DNA of 64,000 nucleotides, taken from positions 74,214,001 through 74,278,000 of the forward strand of contig CM059430.1 in NCBI GenBank assembly GCA_030390025.1. Direction: 5' to 3'. A model generated the notes under the pieces. It had not been told where the DNA came from, did no database searches, and saw only the letters and a list, made by a program, of their open reading frames with translations. This document shows positions 1 through 13,606 of the stretch, in pieces. A program made the position numbers and the translations under genes. This DNA is from Squalus acanthias (lineage: Eukaryota). How positions within the stretch are numbered: the stretch's first letter is position 1; each line of letters starts with the position of its first letter.

Positions 1-660
1 TTTGATTTTTTTTAAATTCTCAATCTCCTGAGCCACATTAACCATTTCATGTCATGCTACTGTCAAGTAACTGAGCATGTCGGAGACCCGTTGTTCAGTG
101 CATCTTAGCGAGCATTTACTCATGCTAGCTGCCTTACACATATCACATTTGAGCCATATGTGCCATTAGATTAAAGCCATTCATGGGCTTCCAGGTTATC
201 TTATCAATAGATTTGTGTGTGTTTGGAGGTCGTTGTCTATCTCCCACTGCATTGCCCTGATGGTTCTGGTAGTGACCACGCTGGCAAATGCAGTTTTCTT
301 ATAGTGCATTATAGCCAAATTCAAAAACATTTCCAAGATAAAGGTTTCGTTTAACTATTCTTAACCACATTTTCTTTAATTTCACTAGAATCTTCGTTAA
401 TACCAGATTGATATCTTTGTTGACTTGTGCCCAGGTGAACTGTATTCCTCCTGCAAGCTCTTGCACAAATTTCTCTAACTCCTTTGGATTAATTCCAATT
501 CACACATTACCACTTCAGAAAATTATTATAGAACACTTCCAATTTGGTGATGTATTTTTCCTATTTCTATCACATATGCTCAATCACTTCCACTCATTCC
601 ATGTCAAGTAATTAAAATTCCATCTCATTCATGAGCACTGGAGGAACTTTAATTTTGAAT

Positions 661-2180
661 ATATTGGGCCAGAAATTCGGGTCTACACGGGTGAGTACGC
701 GCTGTGCACTCACCCATAGACCCAATGAAAGTGCTGGTTTCGCGCATGCACTGCGCATGCGCTGGAAACCGGAACTTCCGCTCCCCTGAAGAAAGGGGTT
801 CAGAGTTCGAATGAGTGCGCCGGAGAGGCAGCAGGCACGCAGCAAAATCTATTTTTTTTCAGGTTTTTGTGTGAGGGTAAGTAGGAAGAGGCTGCACGGG
901 GAAAAAGGAGATGCAAGCCTGGCGTTTAACAATAATGGCCCAAAAATTAGTGCTGCTACGCGAGAGTACGCACTGTGTACTCTCACGTATTCTGTCTCCA
1001 ATTGCCGGTTTCCTGCATGCACTGCGCATGCGCTGAAAACTGGCACTTGGTGAATTCAAAAGGGGGCGGTTCCTAGGTGAACCGCGTGCGCGCTGCAGGA
1101 TGCGTGCACGCAGTGCACTTAGTGCTTTGGACGCGCAGGTAAGCATGGAAGATTTTACACATAAAGAAAGGAGGCGTAACACCCTCTTTTAACAAGGTAA
1201 GTAGTTAATTAAGTATTATTTTGATTTTTTTTAACAGGTATTTCTTTTTTAGAGACTTTAAAGACAGGTAAGTTTATTTTTATAACTTTTTAAAAGATTT
1301 TAAATTTTTTCAAAAATTTTATTTTTTGTTTAAAATGGTTAATTTATTTAACTATACTTATTTTATTAATCTGATGGGATTTTTTTTAAATTTAATTGAG
1401 TTTTAGCTGTTCTTTTGGGGGGGTATAGTATTCATAGCTTTCACAGCCGTGCTGTGAAAGCTGTGAATGAAAGATGGTGTGCTGCCATTGGCTCTAACTG
1501 AGTCACGTGATCCCACAGCTCGCACGAATTAACTACGCCTGTGGTATACGAAAGCACTGCACAGATGCTGTCCAGAACATCAAGTTCGTGCGAGCTCGGA
1601 CTGAAAAAGCCAGCGCGCAGTAGGAGATCGCGGGAAGGCCTTACCCTCGCACGAAGGCTCACTCACTAATTTTTGGGCCATTGTATGTGGTGAATTAAGT
1701 GCTATTTTAAGAATTTTTCAACAGGTTTATCTTTTTTACATGCTTTAAAGAAAGGTACGTATATTTTTAGCACCGTCAAAAAGTGTAATCAATTTTTTTA
1801 AAAATTTATATTTTTGTTTAAAGTAGTTAATTTAATGAAATTTATAGTTATTTTAAAAATATGATTTTTTAAAATATATTTGAAGTTATAGTGAGGTTTT
1901 GGGGCCGATCTCTATTCATAGATTTGTCAGGTCTTCCTTTCAAAATCTATGAATGAAGATCCCCTGCTCCCATCGGCTCTCCATGGCCCACGTGATCCCA
2001 GGGGACGCTTCGAACTAACTGCGCCCCTGGGATGCGCAAGAACTGCACGCCGGCAGCTGCAGGAGGCCCAGGAACCGAATTCCACGCGGGCCTGAAGCAC
2101 AACGGCAGGCGCGGTATGAAAGTACATGCACAATTCTTGCACCCACGGGAAGCCGGAGTGCCGAATTTCTGGCCCAATAT
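661..2180. mobile_element. GGCC-ended MITE (likely Harbinger-derived) with a second MITE nested inside
   Basis: Perfect 20-bp terminal inverted repeat atattgggccagaaattcgg / ccgaatttctggcccaatat. GC-rich palindromic arms, AT-rich core. Confidence 0.8.
934..1682. mobile_element. Nested MITE
   Basis: 19-bp inverted repeat aatggcccaaaaattagtg / cactaatttttgggccatt. Reverse-complement homolog of 50049-50802. Confidence 0.85.
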
Positions 2181-2647
2181 TAGCATAATATCTTGGATGC
2201 ATAGATTAAATTTCCCAACTTGGTCCTAGTTATTCGCACATTTTGTTTGAATATAGTAAATTAGCGATCCTCTTCTTGGAACATTTATTTTCCAGTATAA
2301 CCTCTATATTGTGTTTGAGTCCGATTTTTCATTTCAAAATTATCCCAAATGCAAAGCAGTATTGTTGGACGGCAGGATTGTCAATGATGAATTTCATTGC
2401 TCCCCAAAAAATGTCCTCGCTCGATACAAGAGTATTGGGTAGCTACCAACTATACTGCAGTCCTCTCTTTAAAAAAAATGTTTACCCCTTTTAACTTCAA
2501 CTCACTATTACCTTCTCGAGAGCTTGAAAAAGCAACTCATATCCATTTATCTCCTCAGTTCCAGTTACAGAAACATGCTGGACAGGCTTGCTGATTCTAC
2601 ATTCGACACAGAATTGTTTGCAATTAGGTTTGGAGGTAACACTTATA

Positions 2648-5250
2648 TAAGAACTTAAGAACAACATAATTAGGAGCAGGAGTAGGCCATACGGCCCTTC
2701 GAGCCTGCTCCACCATTCACTAACATCATGGCTGATCTTCGACTTCAACACCGCTTCCATTCCGATCCCCATATCGCTTGATTCCCCTAGAATCAAAAAA
2801 TCAATCTAACTCAATATGGATTTGCTCAACGACTCAGCATCCATAGCCGTTTTGAGTAGAGAATTCGAAAGATTCACAACCCTCTGACTGAAGAAATTCC
2901 TCGTCAGCTCAGTCTTAAATGGTCGACCTCTTATCCTGACACAATATCACTTAGTTCTAGACTTGTCAGTCAGGGGAAACAACCTCTTGTGAAGGAATAG
3001 CCAGGATTCAGAAAAATACAAGATACTTAGAACAGATTTCCGAAATTATTAAAACATGACATACTGGGTTTAAAAGACGTAAGCTTAGCAGACAAGGCTG
3101 CAGGCAGACATACAGGCTTCTGAGATAAAGATCAGTTGTTAAACAAAGTAGTAAAACACCACAAGCTTTGATATGGGAATGGGATATTGACAAAGACAAA
3201 GCCCCGTTTGAAGCAAACAATTGGAGGTTCTGAACATTGGAAAAAACACAATGGAATCACGCAGTTTAAAGTGTTAAAAGCTAACACAGATGCGAACAAA
3301 ATCTTAGAATATTAAACAACCATAAGCCTTCATAATATAACATCAAATAAGACAGGAAACACGTTTAAATATGCGACTTATTGAGATCGCTCGAAAATAC
3401 GTAAACACTGAGATAAATTGTTTTCAATTTACATATTGTAAATATGATACATACAGAAGGCTTTGAAGAAATTACATCAAGTAAAAGAAACGCCTGCTGA
3501 ACAAATAGTTTCAATATTAAGCTTGAAGTAGGGAGTCCCGAGGTCTGATAAAAACAAATTGAAATAAATAAGAAATGTGTGGAACACTCTAGATGAAGTA
3601 TTGACAAGTTGTAAAATATACCTACAGAAAGACTTTGAAAATGACATCAATGGATGCATTGAGCAATCACATTGTTTATGTGTTAAACTTGGAGCATGTA
3701 GGAGACATGACGTCTGGTAATAACCAGTAAAGCCAATATTAAGAATTGAACCGGAGACCTTCGATAAGAATTGCATCAAACAGAAACCATTGCTGTCATT
3801 GTGCTTATGATGGTTTTTGAAACATCTAAGTTGGACATAATTATGCATGCAATGGCTAAATTGACAGAAAGCATTCAACAGAGATATCAATAAAGATAAT
3901 TAGCTTACATCATCAGGAAAACTTCAAAGGATATACCACCCAAAAAAGATATAAAAAATAGAGCTTTTCAAATGGAAAGTCAGAAGTCGCTGGGAAGACA
4001 AGCGTTTCTCAACTTCACAGACACTCTCTGTAAGTTTTTAACTTTTGAGTCTCGGGTAATGAAGGTATTTGATTTTGGTGGATATTCTGGATTAAGCAAT
4101 TAGTAGAAGTGTGGAAACGTAACGAAGTTAAGATTTGAGAATAAGGATCTCTGATAAGAAATGTAAGCTACTTGTATTTTGAACGATCAAAGTTGCGATT
4201 GCCATAGCAGCTGTTTACTAAATGTCGGTTCTTTAATAAATCTCGATATCTTTTAGAATTGTCTCACAGAGTATTTCTGTATCATCTTGCGAACTCAAAT
4301 TTCTGTACACTCAAAGGAGTTGCAGAATTCTGGTGGGTATTCCGGACCATCATAATATCCGGAAGGTTACAGTGCAGTTAAACTTCTTAAAAGTACTATC
4401 CGGAGGACGGTAACATCTTTAGACCGTTTCTTTCCTTTAGGGAGAGGTAGTCTGACCTTTATTCCCAATTAAGCGTCTTATAGGATCCGGCCACCGCTGA
4501 CTGTAGTTGAAGGTAAACGTCTGGGCAATACGCCTGAGCCGGGGTAGTCCGAAAGTGCTAGAACTTGTAATTATCCCTTCAATCTCCGTATCTACCCTGT
4601 CAATCCCACTCAGAATCTAATAAGTTTCAATGAGATTACCTCTCATTCTTCTAAACTCCAGATTGTATAGGTCCAATCTGCTGAATCACTTCTATTAGGA
4701 CAACTCTCTCATCCCAGTGACCCACCTAGTGAACCTTCGTTGCAATGCCTCTCAGGCATATATGTCTTTTCTCAGATAACGAGAGCAAAACTGTGCACGG
4801 TACTCCAGATGTGGTCTCCCCAAAGCACTGTACAATTGAAGTAAGACATCCTTACCCTTGTACTCCAAACAACTTCCAATAAAGGCCAACATGCCAGTTG
4901 CATTTATATTTGCTTGGTGTGCCTGCATGATAAAATTCTGTGTTTCCTGTACGAGGAAACCTAAATCTCTCGGAACACAAACATTTAATAGTTTCACACC
5001 ATTAAAAAATAATCAATTTATTCTATTCTTCCTACCAAAGTGAATAACCACACATTTTCTCACATTATACTCCATCTGCCACCTTATTTCCCACTCATGT
5101 AACCTGTCTGTATCCATTTGTAGGCTCTTTGTGTCCTCCTCGCAGCTTACTTTCCCATCTAGCTTTGTATCATCAGCAAACGTGGCCCCCTTCGCACTGT
5201 ATCTTGAACGTTGCTCGCTATAACTAAACAAAGCAGCACCCATCCCTTAT
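2648..5250 (-). mobile_element. CR1 LINE 3' portion interrupted by a 1.6-kb insertion
   Basis: Tail (aagaac)n-ggagcaggagtaggcc at 2648-2710; RT-end motifs FADDTKL and RPHLEY in 4752-5243. Confidence 0.88.
2988..4586 (+). mobile_element. Probable LTR (ERV-like) plus short leader, inserted in the CR1
   Basis: Begins TGT exactly where the CR1 breaks; TATAAAA ~3951, AATAAA ~4235, ..taACA ~4415. The CR1 resumes ~4587. No clear PBS or TSD. Confidence 0.45.
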
Positions 5251-5737
5251 ATATGCCTCAGACAGCACAATCATTTCGTTGATACACCCCAAATAATATT
5301 GTGGGGGATGGGGCCAAGACCTGGCCATGCCCAGTGCTCAATATCTTTAGACTGGCTTCCCAAGAATCCAATGCCTTTCTCACGTCCCTTATTTGGACTT
5401 GTCCTTTTTTCCCTTGAGGTTTCTTATCTGTTGTGAACGAGCACACTACATCCTTGTCCATTGTCCTTTGTAAGATGAGAACTGAAGAGATAATAGGAAT
5501 ACTAAAATCTGAACCACTTCCGTGTCCATTGTGCTTTGTAAGCTTAATTTTACAGCAGAATAAAACTATAGGTTAACAAAACTTAATACTAACTCGTAAT
5601 GTAGTGAAGCTTAATACTGAAAGGTAATAGAAGGCATTGTAATCTAACAGTGAGAGTTTATAGATGGAACAAAGGACTAACATTTATTTGCTTGTGTCGG
5701 CCGAGGGGAGAATGCTTTTGCAGTGCTGTAATAAAAT

Positions 5738-6515
5738 GGGCCTGAATTTATAGGACCAACGATGGCGTCCGCACAGCGTACGCTGTCGTAAGTGCTTTGA
5801 GTGGCCCGCAAGCTCCGAGTTTCTGCATGCGATGTGCATTCGTGGAAAGTCGGAACTTGCGATCTGTCAAGTTTCTACTTGACAGATCATATGCATCCAC
5901 TGTAAATTCACATTTACTGGCGCAGTGTTGGGCTATTGGCCCAACTGCTGCACAGCGAATACCCACAAAATCCTTACGCCTGGTAAAACCAGGTGTAAAG
6001 CCTTCCTTTAACAGTGTAAAGTTTAAAATAGATGTTAAAATACTTTTTTAAATGATTTAAACATTCACTTACATTTAAAAATAGTTTGGGTTACTTTTGT
6101 CACATTTACAATATGTTTATTTATATTTCTCAAAAGATTATTTTTTTATTTTAAATGTTTAATTCTAGGGTATTTTATTAATTTTGAACCTGTGGTCATT
6201 TATTTTTGTTTCAGTGTTTAGAAATTTTATTTATTAGGTGATTTCTATTATGATTAATAGTATTCCGTACGTACATGTAATCACCATACGCATAATTGGA
6301 ATTCCCCTTTTCATTGGTTGGCCTGGCCCACATGATCCCAGTGACGTTTGCCAGCCACTTGCGCACCGGGATCCGTGGGCGTTTACGAAGGCGTATTTCT
6401 GCAGGCCCAGGACCACCAGAGTCTGAAGCTTCAGAGACACAAGTTAAATCCGTACTTTTCTTGCGGTTCGGAGGCGTACACGGGCGGCAAGACTCCAATT
6501 GCAATTTCCAGGCAA
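5738..6515. mobile_element. MITE copy
   Basis: Starts gggcctgaattt; contains the gatctgtcaag..cttgacagatc hairpin, AT core and CCAAT/CACATG arm. Confidence 0.75.
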
Positions 6516-7455
6516 ATAATAATTGTAAAAACTGCAATTTCTAAGTCACGCCACTAAAACAACAAAAAAAACCACAAGCCAGTCAGAAACTGCGTTGAGA
6601 AACGATAGTTAATAATTGGGACTTGGTTCCACTTCTGCACGCAACAATGACACATCAACATTTTAACATAACCCGGTAAACGGGTAGTGTGTGGGAGGGG
6701 AACAATAAAGAAAGTGAGGAACTATTTCGGGAATGGTAATGTATTGCAGTAAATATTCACCTGTCAGGAAATAGAATGAGCCATTAAGAAATTAAAGACA
6801 TTAAACAAAAAAATAACTCGAACAATTGAAGCAGTAAGAAACATCAAAGGAGAAAAGCGTGTAAACATGAGAATGGGAAATAGAGAAGATTTAATCCCTT
6901 TGTTTAATGGCAGAGGCGGAATCACGAGAAAGAATAGCACGGAATCAGACTACAATCAAAAAAAGTGGAGAATAATGTAGTGATTCAACATGTCGTACTT
7001 GATTGCGAGATCACAGGTGATGGGAACAGCTTTGACAGTTGCAAAGAAGCCAGTTGTGATTTTGACGGACACACCGTGCGTGAGTTCGAAGCTGGAAAGG
7101 AGCGTTTCCAATGAAGAATGGTGGAAGGCAACAACTCGTTCCAGGACTTGGGAAAAAATGAAAGGCCTGGAGAAAGGGCAGCAGCACAGTAAAATGGACA
7201 AGCAACGTTTATTTTTAAAACATCCCTCGTATTCTTTCAGCATATCCATGTTTGTCTAATTTAGCTGCTGGTCTTCACCGCTGCGTGTACAAGACTTGAT
7301 TCGTTTTTTTTAGATTCCGACGTTTTCTTGGAAACAGTAATATTCGGAGCAGCGTAAGTCAGTTTGCTAGAAGCGGCTCCATGTTTGTTCTGTAGAACAA
7401 ACAATTGTTTTTTTTTAAAAGCAAAAGGACAAATACGTCACGTTAATTCTAAGTG

Positions 7456-7629
7456 TCATCTCAACCAAATTATTCTGATTTGCATAATTGTTGTTTCTAC
7501 GTGTGAACTTATTTGTACCTCTGTATATATTGTACTCTCTTCGTGTTGTTTAGGTTTTGCAGTTTTCTTGTAACCGATCAGATCCAGATCAGCGTACGTC
7601 AGCTTATCGTCAGCTGCCCCTCCTTCTTT
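7456..7629 (-). CDS. Gene A terminal cytoplasmic exon with ITIM (LTYADL) and ITSM (TIYTEV)
   Basis: actttctag|KEGGAADDKLTYADLDLIGYKKTAKPKQHEESTIYTEVQISSHVETTIMQIRIIWLR*. Phase 0 matches the preceding exon. ITIM 7585-7602, ITSM 7516-7533. Confidence 0.85.
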   Translation of the reverse strand, partial: KEGGAADDKLTYADLDLIGYKKTAKPKQHEESTIYTEVQISSHVETTIMQIRIIWLR

Positions 7630-7731
7630 CTAGAAAGTCAACGTTTAGCATTCATTGAGTTACTTTTCCTGGAGTTGCAAAAGTCACGAAGCATTTACAT
7701 ATAATAGACAATTGAAGTAGCATAGTGTCAG

Positions 7732-8280
7732 TGGCTTGAATTTTAAAACTGCAGAGCATTAATTTAATTTACAATTTCTTTCATCAATCAACAACTCACT
7801 AGGGAACAATATCGAAACTTCCATGGATTAGGAAAAGCTAAGACTTTAGTAAACTAACGAATCTTAAATTTTAACCTTTTGAAAGTTAGTGCAAATTTTT
7901 TAAAGAATAAAAAGTGAAATATCAGTTTTTAGTTTTTCTTTCTGTCTCTTGTATCTCTCTCACATCACCATCTTTTTCACTCTCTTTATTTCGCTTTCTG
8001 TACATGATTTTACACTGAATTAAATCTAATTCTTACTTCCTGGTTTATACTTCCTAGTTTAAAGACTGTTTCTGAGAAAGGATTCTTCAAACTGATTGGT
8101 TGAAGAGCCACGCTGTTGTATGCTCAGGTCGCACACGACAGAGATCCGAGGCGCCATGTTGGATCAGACCTCGAATTACAGCAAGTTACTGTTCAAAAGA
8201 ACGCAAAAAGTCTGTGGGTAGCTATCAGAGTATTGAACGGTGAGTGCCTTTCCTCCACCGCTGACCGAATGATCCGGGCC
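7732..8280. mobile_element. Degenerate nonautonomous TIR element (Harbinger-like)
   Basis: Termini ggcttgaattt.. and ..atccgggcc with an AT-rich core. Similar end motif to the other MITEs. Confidence 0.4.
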
Positions 8281-9049
8281 GTTGAACTTCTGAAGGAATG
8301 AGTCTCCACCCTTGTAGAAGTAAATGTTCAATACCAGAGAGGTTGTTTGGCAATGAATCACGTCGTGAAAAATTCACTTACTCCTGAATACAACAGCGCT
8401 AACATTTTCTGTTCTGTTTCGTGGCTAACTAGTGGGTTTTAATGCAACTTCACACTTTGATTTCAATGCCGAATGTATCGGTGAGATACAAGATCAGGGA
8501 AATTCGTGTTTAACTGTGCATGTGCGAACTCCAGAATTTGCTGTCAGATTTACTCCATATTAAAGGTGAGCACTGATAATTTCACCGTTATTCGTAACAC
8601 AAAATCCTCGTTCTTAATTTGCCACTCCAAAGCCTCCTTATAGTCTATGGGCAGCGCTATTCCTTCCCTGCTGAAACAAAAATCCGGAAAAATAAGTCAA
8701 TTGGAGTGAAGAATCAATCTTACGTCGATAATCACGGAAATAAATATGGCCCCCAACAAAATAGGAAGGTGATTGCGTAGATAGGCAGCAACAAGCTAAT
8801 CGTTGAGTCAGCGAATTGTGGATGGGCAGAGGAATATGTAAATGCATTTGCTTAGAGGCAACGAGTTACTGTGTATGCATCAAAGTGCTCCATAGGAAAT
8901 TACTTAATTCTATAACATAAATGCTGCTTTTATTTAGGCAAATGTGGAATCTAATTTGTGCAGCGCATGGTCGCGCAAATAGCAATGAAATAAGTAACAT
9001 GTGTTTTTGCTTTCGGCTAAAGAACCAATGATGGCTGCAACACATGAGC

Positions 9050-11560
9050 ACAGGTACATAGGGCCATAGGATCAGGAGTAGGCCATTTAGCCCCTCGAGC
9101 CTGTGCCGCCATTCAGTGAAATATTGGTTGATCAGCGACCTAACTCCATATACCCGCCTTTTCCTGAAGAACTCCCCTGCTCTTTGTGAAATCTTGCCGT
9201 GGGATCTTTCATGTGCAGCACGGAATCAAGTCATTCGGCTCAACTGATCGAAGTCAGCTTATATGCTCTACAGGAGTCTCCTCCCACCCTACATCATCGA
9301 ACCCTATCAGCATATTTATCTATTACGGTCCCCCGTATGTGCTTATCTATCGTCCCCTTTAGTGCATCTATTCTATTTGCCTCAACTACTCCTTGTGGTA
9401 ACACATTCCACATTTTTACCACTCTTTGGATAAAGAAGTTTCTTCTAAATTTGCTGTTGGATTGTTTAGTGAATATCTTATATTTATGATCCAAAGCTTT
9501 GGACTCCCCACAAGTGGAAACATATTCTCTACGTCGAACTTAGCAAACCATTTCAATGGCCCAGAAATTAAACATGGATGGTTCCCACGGGGGTAAGGAT
9601 TCCCCGCGATATCGCACTCCGCGCCTACCTTTTTGCTCCGGGCCCACACGAACTTTAATTTTTAAGCCTCTCCCTGTTGCAACCGTGCAGTGTATGCGTA
9701 TCCCAGAGGCGCAATTAGTTCGTGCGAGCTCTGGGATCACGTGATTCAGTTAGAGCCAATGGCAGCACACCATCTTTCATTCATAGTTTTGACGGCAAGA
9801 ACTGTCACAGCTATGAATACTACAAATCCCCAAAAGAACAGCTAAACCTCAATTAAATTAAAAAAGTCATCACGTTAATAAAATAAGTATAGTTAAATAA
9901 ATTAATCACTGTAAACAAAAATTTGAATATTTGAAAAATTTTAAAATCTTTTTAAAAGTTATAAAAATAAACTTACTTTTCTTTAAAGTCTCTAAAAAAG
10001 ATAAACCTGTTGAATTTTTTTTTAAATAACACTTAATTAACTACTTACATTGTTAAAAGGGGGTCCTACGCCTGCTTTCTTTATGTGTAAAACCTTCACC
10101 ACTAACCTGCGCGTTCAAAGCTTAAAAAAAACTAAGTGCACTGCGTGCGCACAACCTGTAGCACGCACGTGGTTCACTTAGGAACCGCCCCCTTTGCAAT
10201 TCACGAAGTGCCGGTTTCCCGCGCATACGCAGTGCATGCAGGAAACCCGGCAATTCTGGATCTAATACGCTAGATTACACAGTAAGTACTCTTGCGTATT
10301 AGGTTTAATTTTCCCTCAGCCTTATTTCTTCTGGAGGAAAGCGCTCCAGCCTATTCGGCCTTTCCTGATAAGTGTATCCTCTCAATTCTGGTACCATTCG
10401 TGTGAATCATTTTTTTCACTTTCACCAGTGCCTCTATATTATTTTTATAATATGGAGACCAGAACTGTGCCCAGTACTGCAACTGTGATCTAACCAAGGT
10501 TCGATACAAGTTTAACATAACTTCACTGCTTTTGAGTTCTATTCTCTAGTAAAGAATCCCAATCTTGGTTTGTTTTCATATGGCCTGATTATTATGTATC
10601 GCTACTTTTAGTGATTTGTGCATTGTTATCCCCAGATTACTTGACCCCTCTACTCCATTCAGACTCTTATTATCCTAGCTGTATGTGGAATACCTATTGT
10701 TCCCAACAAAATGTACCACCTCACACTTATCTAAATTGAATTTCATCTGAAAATTACATGCCTATTCTGTAAGCTTCTTAATATCTTCCTGTATTTTGTC
10801 ATATTCTTCCTCTGTATGAACTGCACCTTCCAATGTCGTGTCGCCCGCAAATTTAAAATTACACTTATGATTTCGGAGTCAAAATTATTAATGTAAATAG
10901 TGAACAACATTTGTCCCAGCAGCAATCCCTGTGGAACACCACTTCCCACCATTTGCAAGTCTGAGTAGCTACTATTAAACCCTACTCTCTGCTTTCTGTT
11001 TTGTAGCCAGCTTGCTATCGATTGTGCTGCCTGTCCTCTGACTCAACTTGCTCTTATCTTAGTCATGAGTTTACGATGCGGCACCATATCGAAGGCCTTT
11101 TGAAAATCCAAATATATTGTATCTACTGCATTACACTTGTCTACTCTTCCTGTTACTGCTTCAAATATTCAATAAGTTTCAACATGCAGAATCCTCCCAT
11201 TTGAACTCTACTCTATTATATTTTAGGTTTCGATATGTTTATCTATGATAGCTTTGAAAAAATATGCTGCTCTCTTTCCTACCACTGGCGTTAAGCTAAC
11301 TGGTCTATAATTCACGGGACTTATTATATTTCCATGATTTAGTATAGGAATAACATTAGCTCTCCACCAGTCGCCTGGCAGTATTCCCTGTTCCAATGCA
11401 TTGTTATATATAATTAATAGCACACCTGCTATATTTTCCCCAACTTATTATAATATGCGTGGATGCAATCCATCTGGACCAGGATTTATATCCTCTCTTA
11501 AGTTTGATTAGTTTATCAATTACCCCCCTTTCTATCTTAAATATCTTTGTATCATTTTTG
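9050..11560 (-). mobile_element. CR1 LINE fragment (split by a MITE)
   Basis: RRNFFIQRVV, SGVPQG, NYRPVSLT motifs; CR1 3' tail at ~9055-9130. Confidence 0.88.
9558..10312. mobile_element. MITE inserted in a CR1
   Basis: Starts ggcccagaaatt; same family as 50049-50802; interrupts the CR1 at 9050-11560. Confidence 0.8.
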
Positions 11561-12236
11561 TATTTGATACAATATGCCCAACTCTCCTCGATCTTTTACG
11601 GCTGTCCATTGGCCCCTAAACCTGAATGTATCTCCGAACATAAAAGTGGCCCCACTATTATTAAGACTTATGCAATATTTTCATGCAATTGCTCTTGCTC
11701 AGAGTTTCTCTTAATATTGCGATCAAATTTTTAGGCACGCCAGGAAAAATATCATTTGTTATGGTGTTTCATCATAATATTATACCATTTTTCCAAATTA
11801 TCCTCACTGAGACATGCACCTTGTGTTCTGTTTCTATTCCTGCATTTATATGGTACAGGTATAAATTACGTTAAAAATGAAGTGCAGGTGCTTAGCCATG
11901 TTGCCTAATATTAATGGCAAATGTTTGGAACATTAATTCGCATATTGAAGAAGGAGTATAAGACGTGAGATCGGTGATGTCCGTGTGCCCCGATAGTTTA
12001 GGCTGCTGTAGTCCCATTTTACGGTCTTCAATTTTCTAATGAGATTGGCATTACATTTGATCGTAAAAATAACGGCGGAACGGGCCAGGGAATGGATCCA
12101 TTTTCAGGTCTATCTTCCGTGTTGCGCATTTGGAAGGAAATTTCTGGCCATCAGCTCATATAATGTGTAAAGATTTTATAATATAGGAGTATGGATGGGA
12201 AATTGCTAACTGTCACGGTGCTATAAACAATTTATG

Positions 12237-13294
12237 GCCCTGATTTTGCTCTTAAAAAAAATGGTGATGCTATGAGCACACAGCGCTATTAAAGAGTAAG
12301 AGCAACTATCGGCCTCCGGTTAATCAGAAAGTTGCTGTCCGAGTTGTCCTGCGTTGAGAGACGCTGTGTTATATCTCGCCGAAAGACTCATGGGAGGACA
12401 CTAAGTTGGGGTATTTACGCCAGAAAAAAGTTCTGGCTTACCCATTCCAAGCGTAAGTGTAACGAAGCGATCTGGCGGCTTGTTCGCAACTGACCGCAAA
12501 ATCCGGGCCAATCGTTAGATTGCTGCATGTTGGGCCGAAATTTGCGATCAGAGGCGTACCTCCAGAGTACTCTTCCAACCCGAAAAAATAAGCATTAACC
12601 TGCTGGCTCCCGGGCTTCGGAGTCTTCGGGTCCACACGCATGTGTAAAGGCCCACGAATCCCAGGGACGCAGGCGGTTTGGAAGCATCCATGGAATCACG
12701 AGTGCCAAGTCAACCAATTAGAAAGAGGGATTCCTCATAAGCTTATGGGGACTGCATTTACGAACGCAATCCGCAAAAGCTTATGAGAAATCACAAAATA
12801 AAAAAATAATTAACACAACTCTAATAAAAATAAATATTCCCTTGTTCAAAATTAATTAAAAGTCCCTTTAATTAAGAATTTAAAATGAACATTTAATTTC
12901 ATGAAAAATAATTGAATAATTGTAATACGGGCCAAAATATACATAAAGTAATATTAAATATTTAGTATTTTTGAATGATGTTTAAAATGTTAATTTAACT
13001 TTTATTTCAATCCTTACGCGGGTAAAAGGAAGCCTTACCCATGCTTTTATCAGGCATAAGGGTATCGTGGGCATTTACTGGGCCGTAGTTGGGCAGATAG
13101 CCCAAATCTGCGCCAGCAAGTGTTTTTGGGGCACATGTGGACGTTTCGTCAAGGTGAAACTTGATAGATAGCAAGTTCTGGGTTATCATGCATGCGCAGT
13201 GCATGCGGAAACCGGGAAATCGCGGGGCCATTCTGAGGGCTTAAGCTGGCATATGCTGTGCGTACGCCGTCATTGGCCCCGTAAAATCTGGGCC
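12237..13294. mobile_element. Two adjacent TIR elements (12237-12510 and 12532-13294)
   Basis: ggccctgattttgc..gcaaaatccgggcc and gggccgaaatttgc..aaaatctgggcc. The second is flanked by gtt/gtt (possible 3-bp TSD). Confidence 0.7.
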
Positions 13295-13606
13295 GTTATA
13301 TGAAATGAAAAAGCTTCTTGGTCTATTCTTTACCTGCACTTTCCTAAATCCTATGCATCCAGAAGCGAGGAGGACTGCTTAGATGGACATGCACCAGATC
13401 ACAATATACAATGCACACAAAGGACGGGTCTCATTGACAGGGAGAATTCGTGAAATTCTTATATAAATAGTTATTGATTCAGAAGTCCAAGGGAATGCAG
13501 CGCTCGCTTAGAGGAGAGACCTATGACCTTGGGCTGAGCATATATCTAATGCTAACCCAATTTTTGCAAGAAAAAAAGTCAAAGGCGATCAAATTTTACC
13601 TAAAAT

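Noticed and set aside
612-2229. Short ORFs on both strands (e.g. RMRSACAKP) here and in other MITE copies
   Set aside because: Products of GC-rich palindromic MITE arms; no protein homology is evident.
5258-5480. Possible extra exon of gene A (MDKDVVCSF..)
   Set aside because: An acceptor-like site is present, but there is no family similarity or tyrosine motif, and gene A already stops at 7456.
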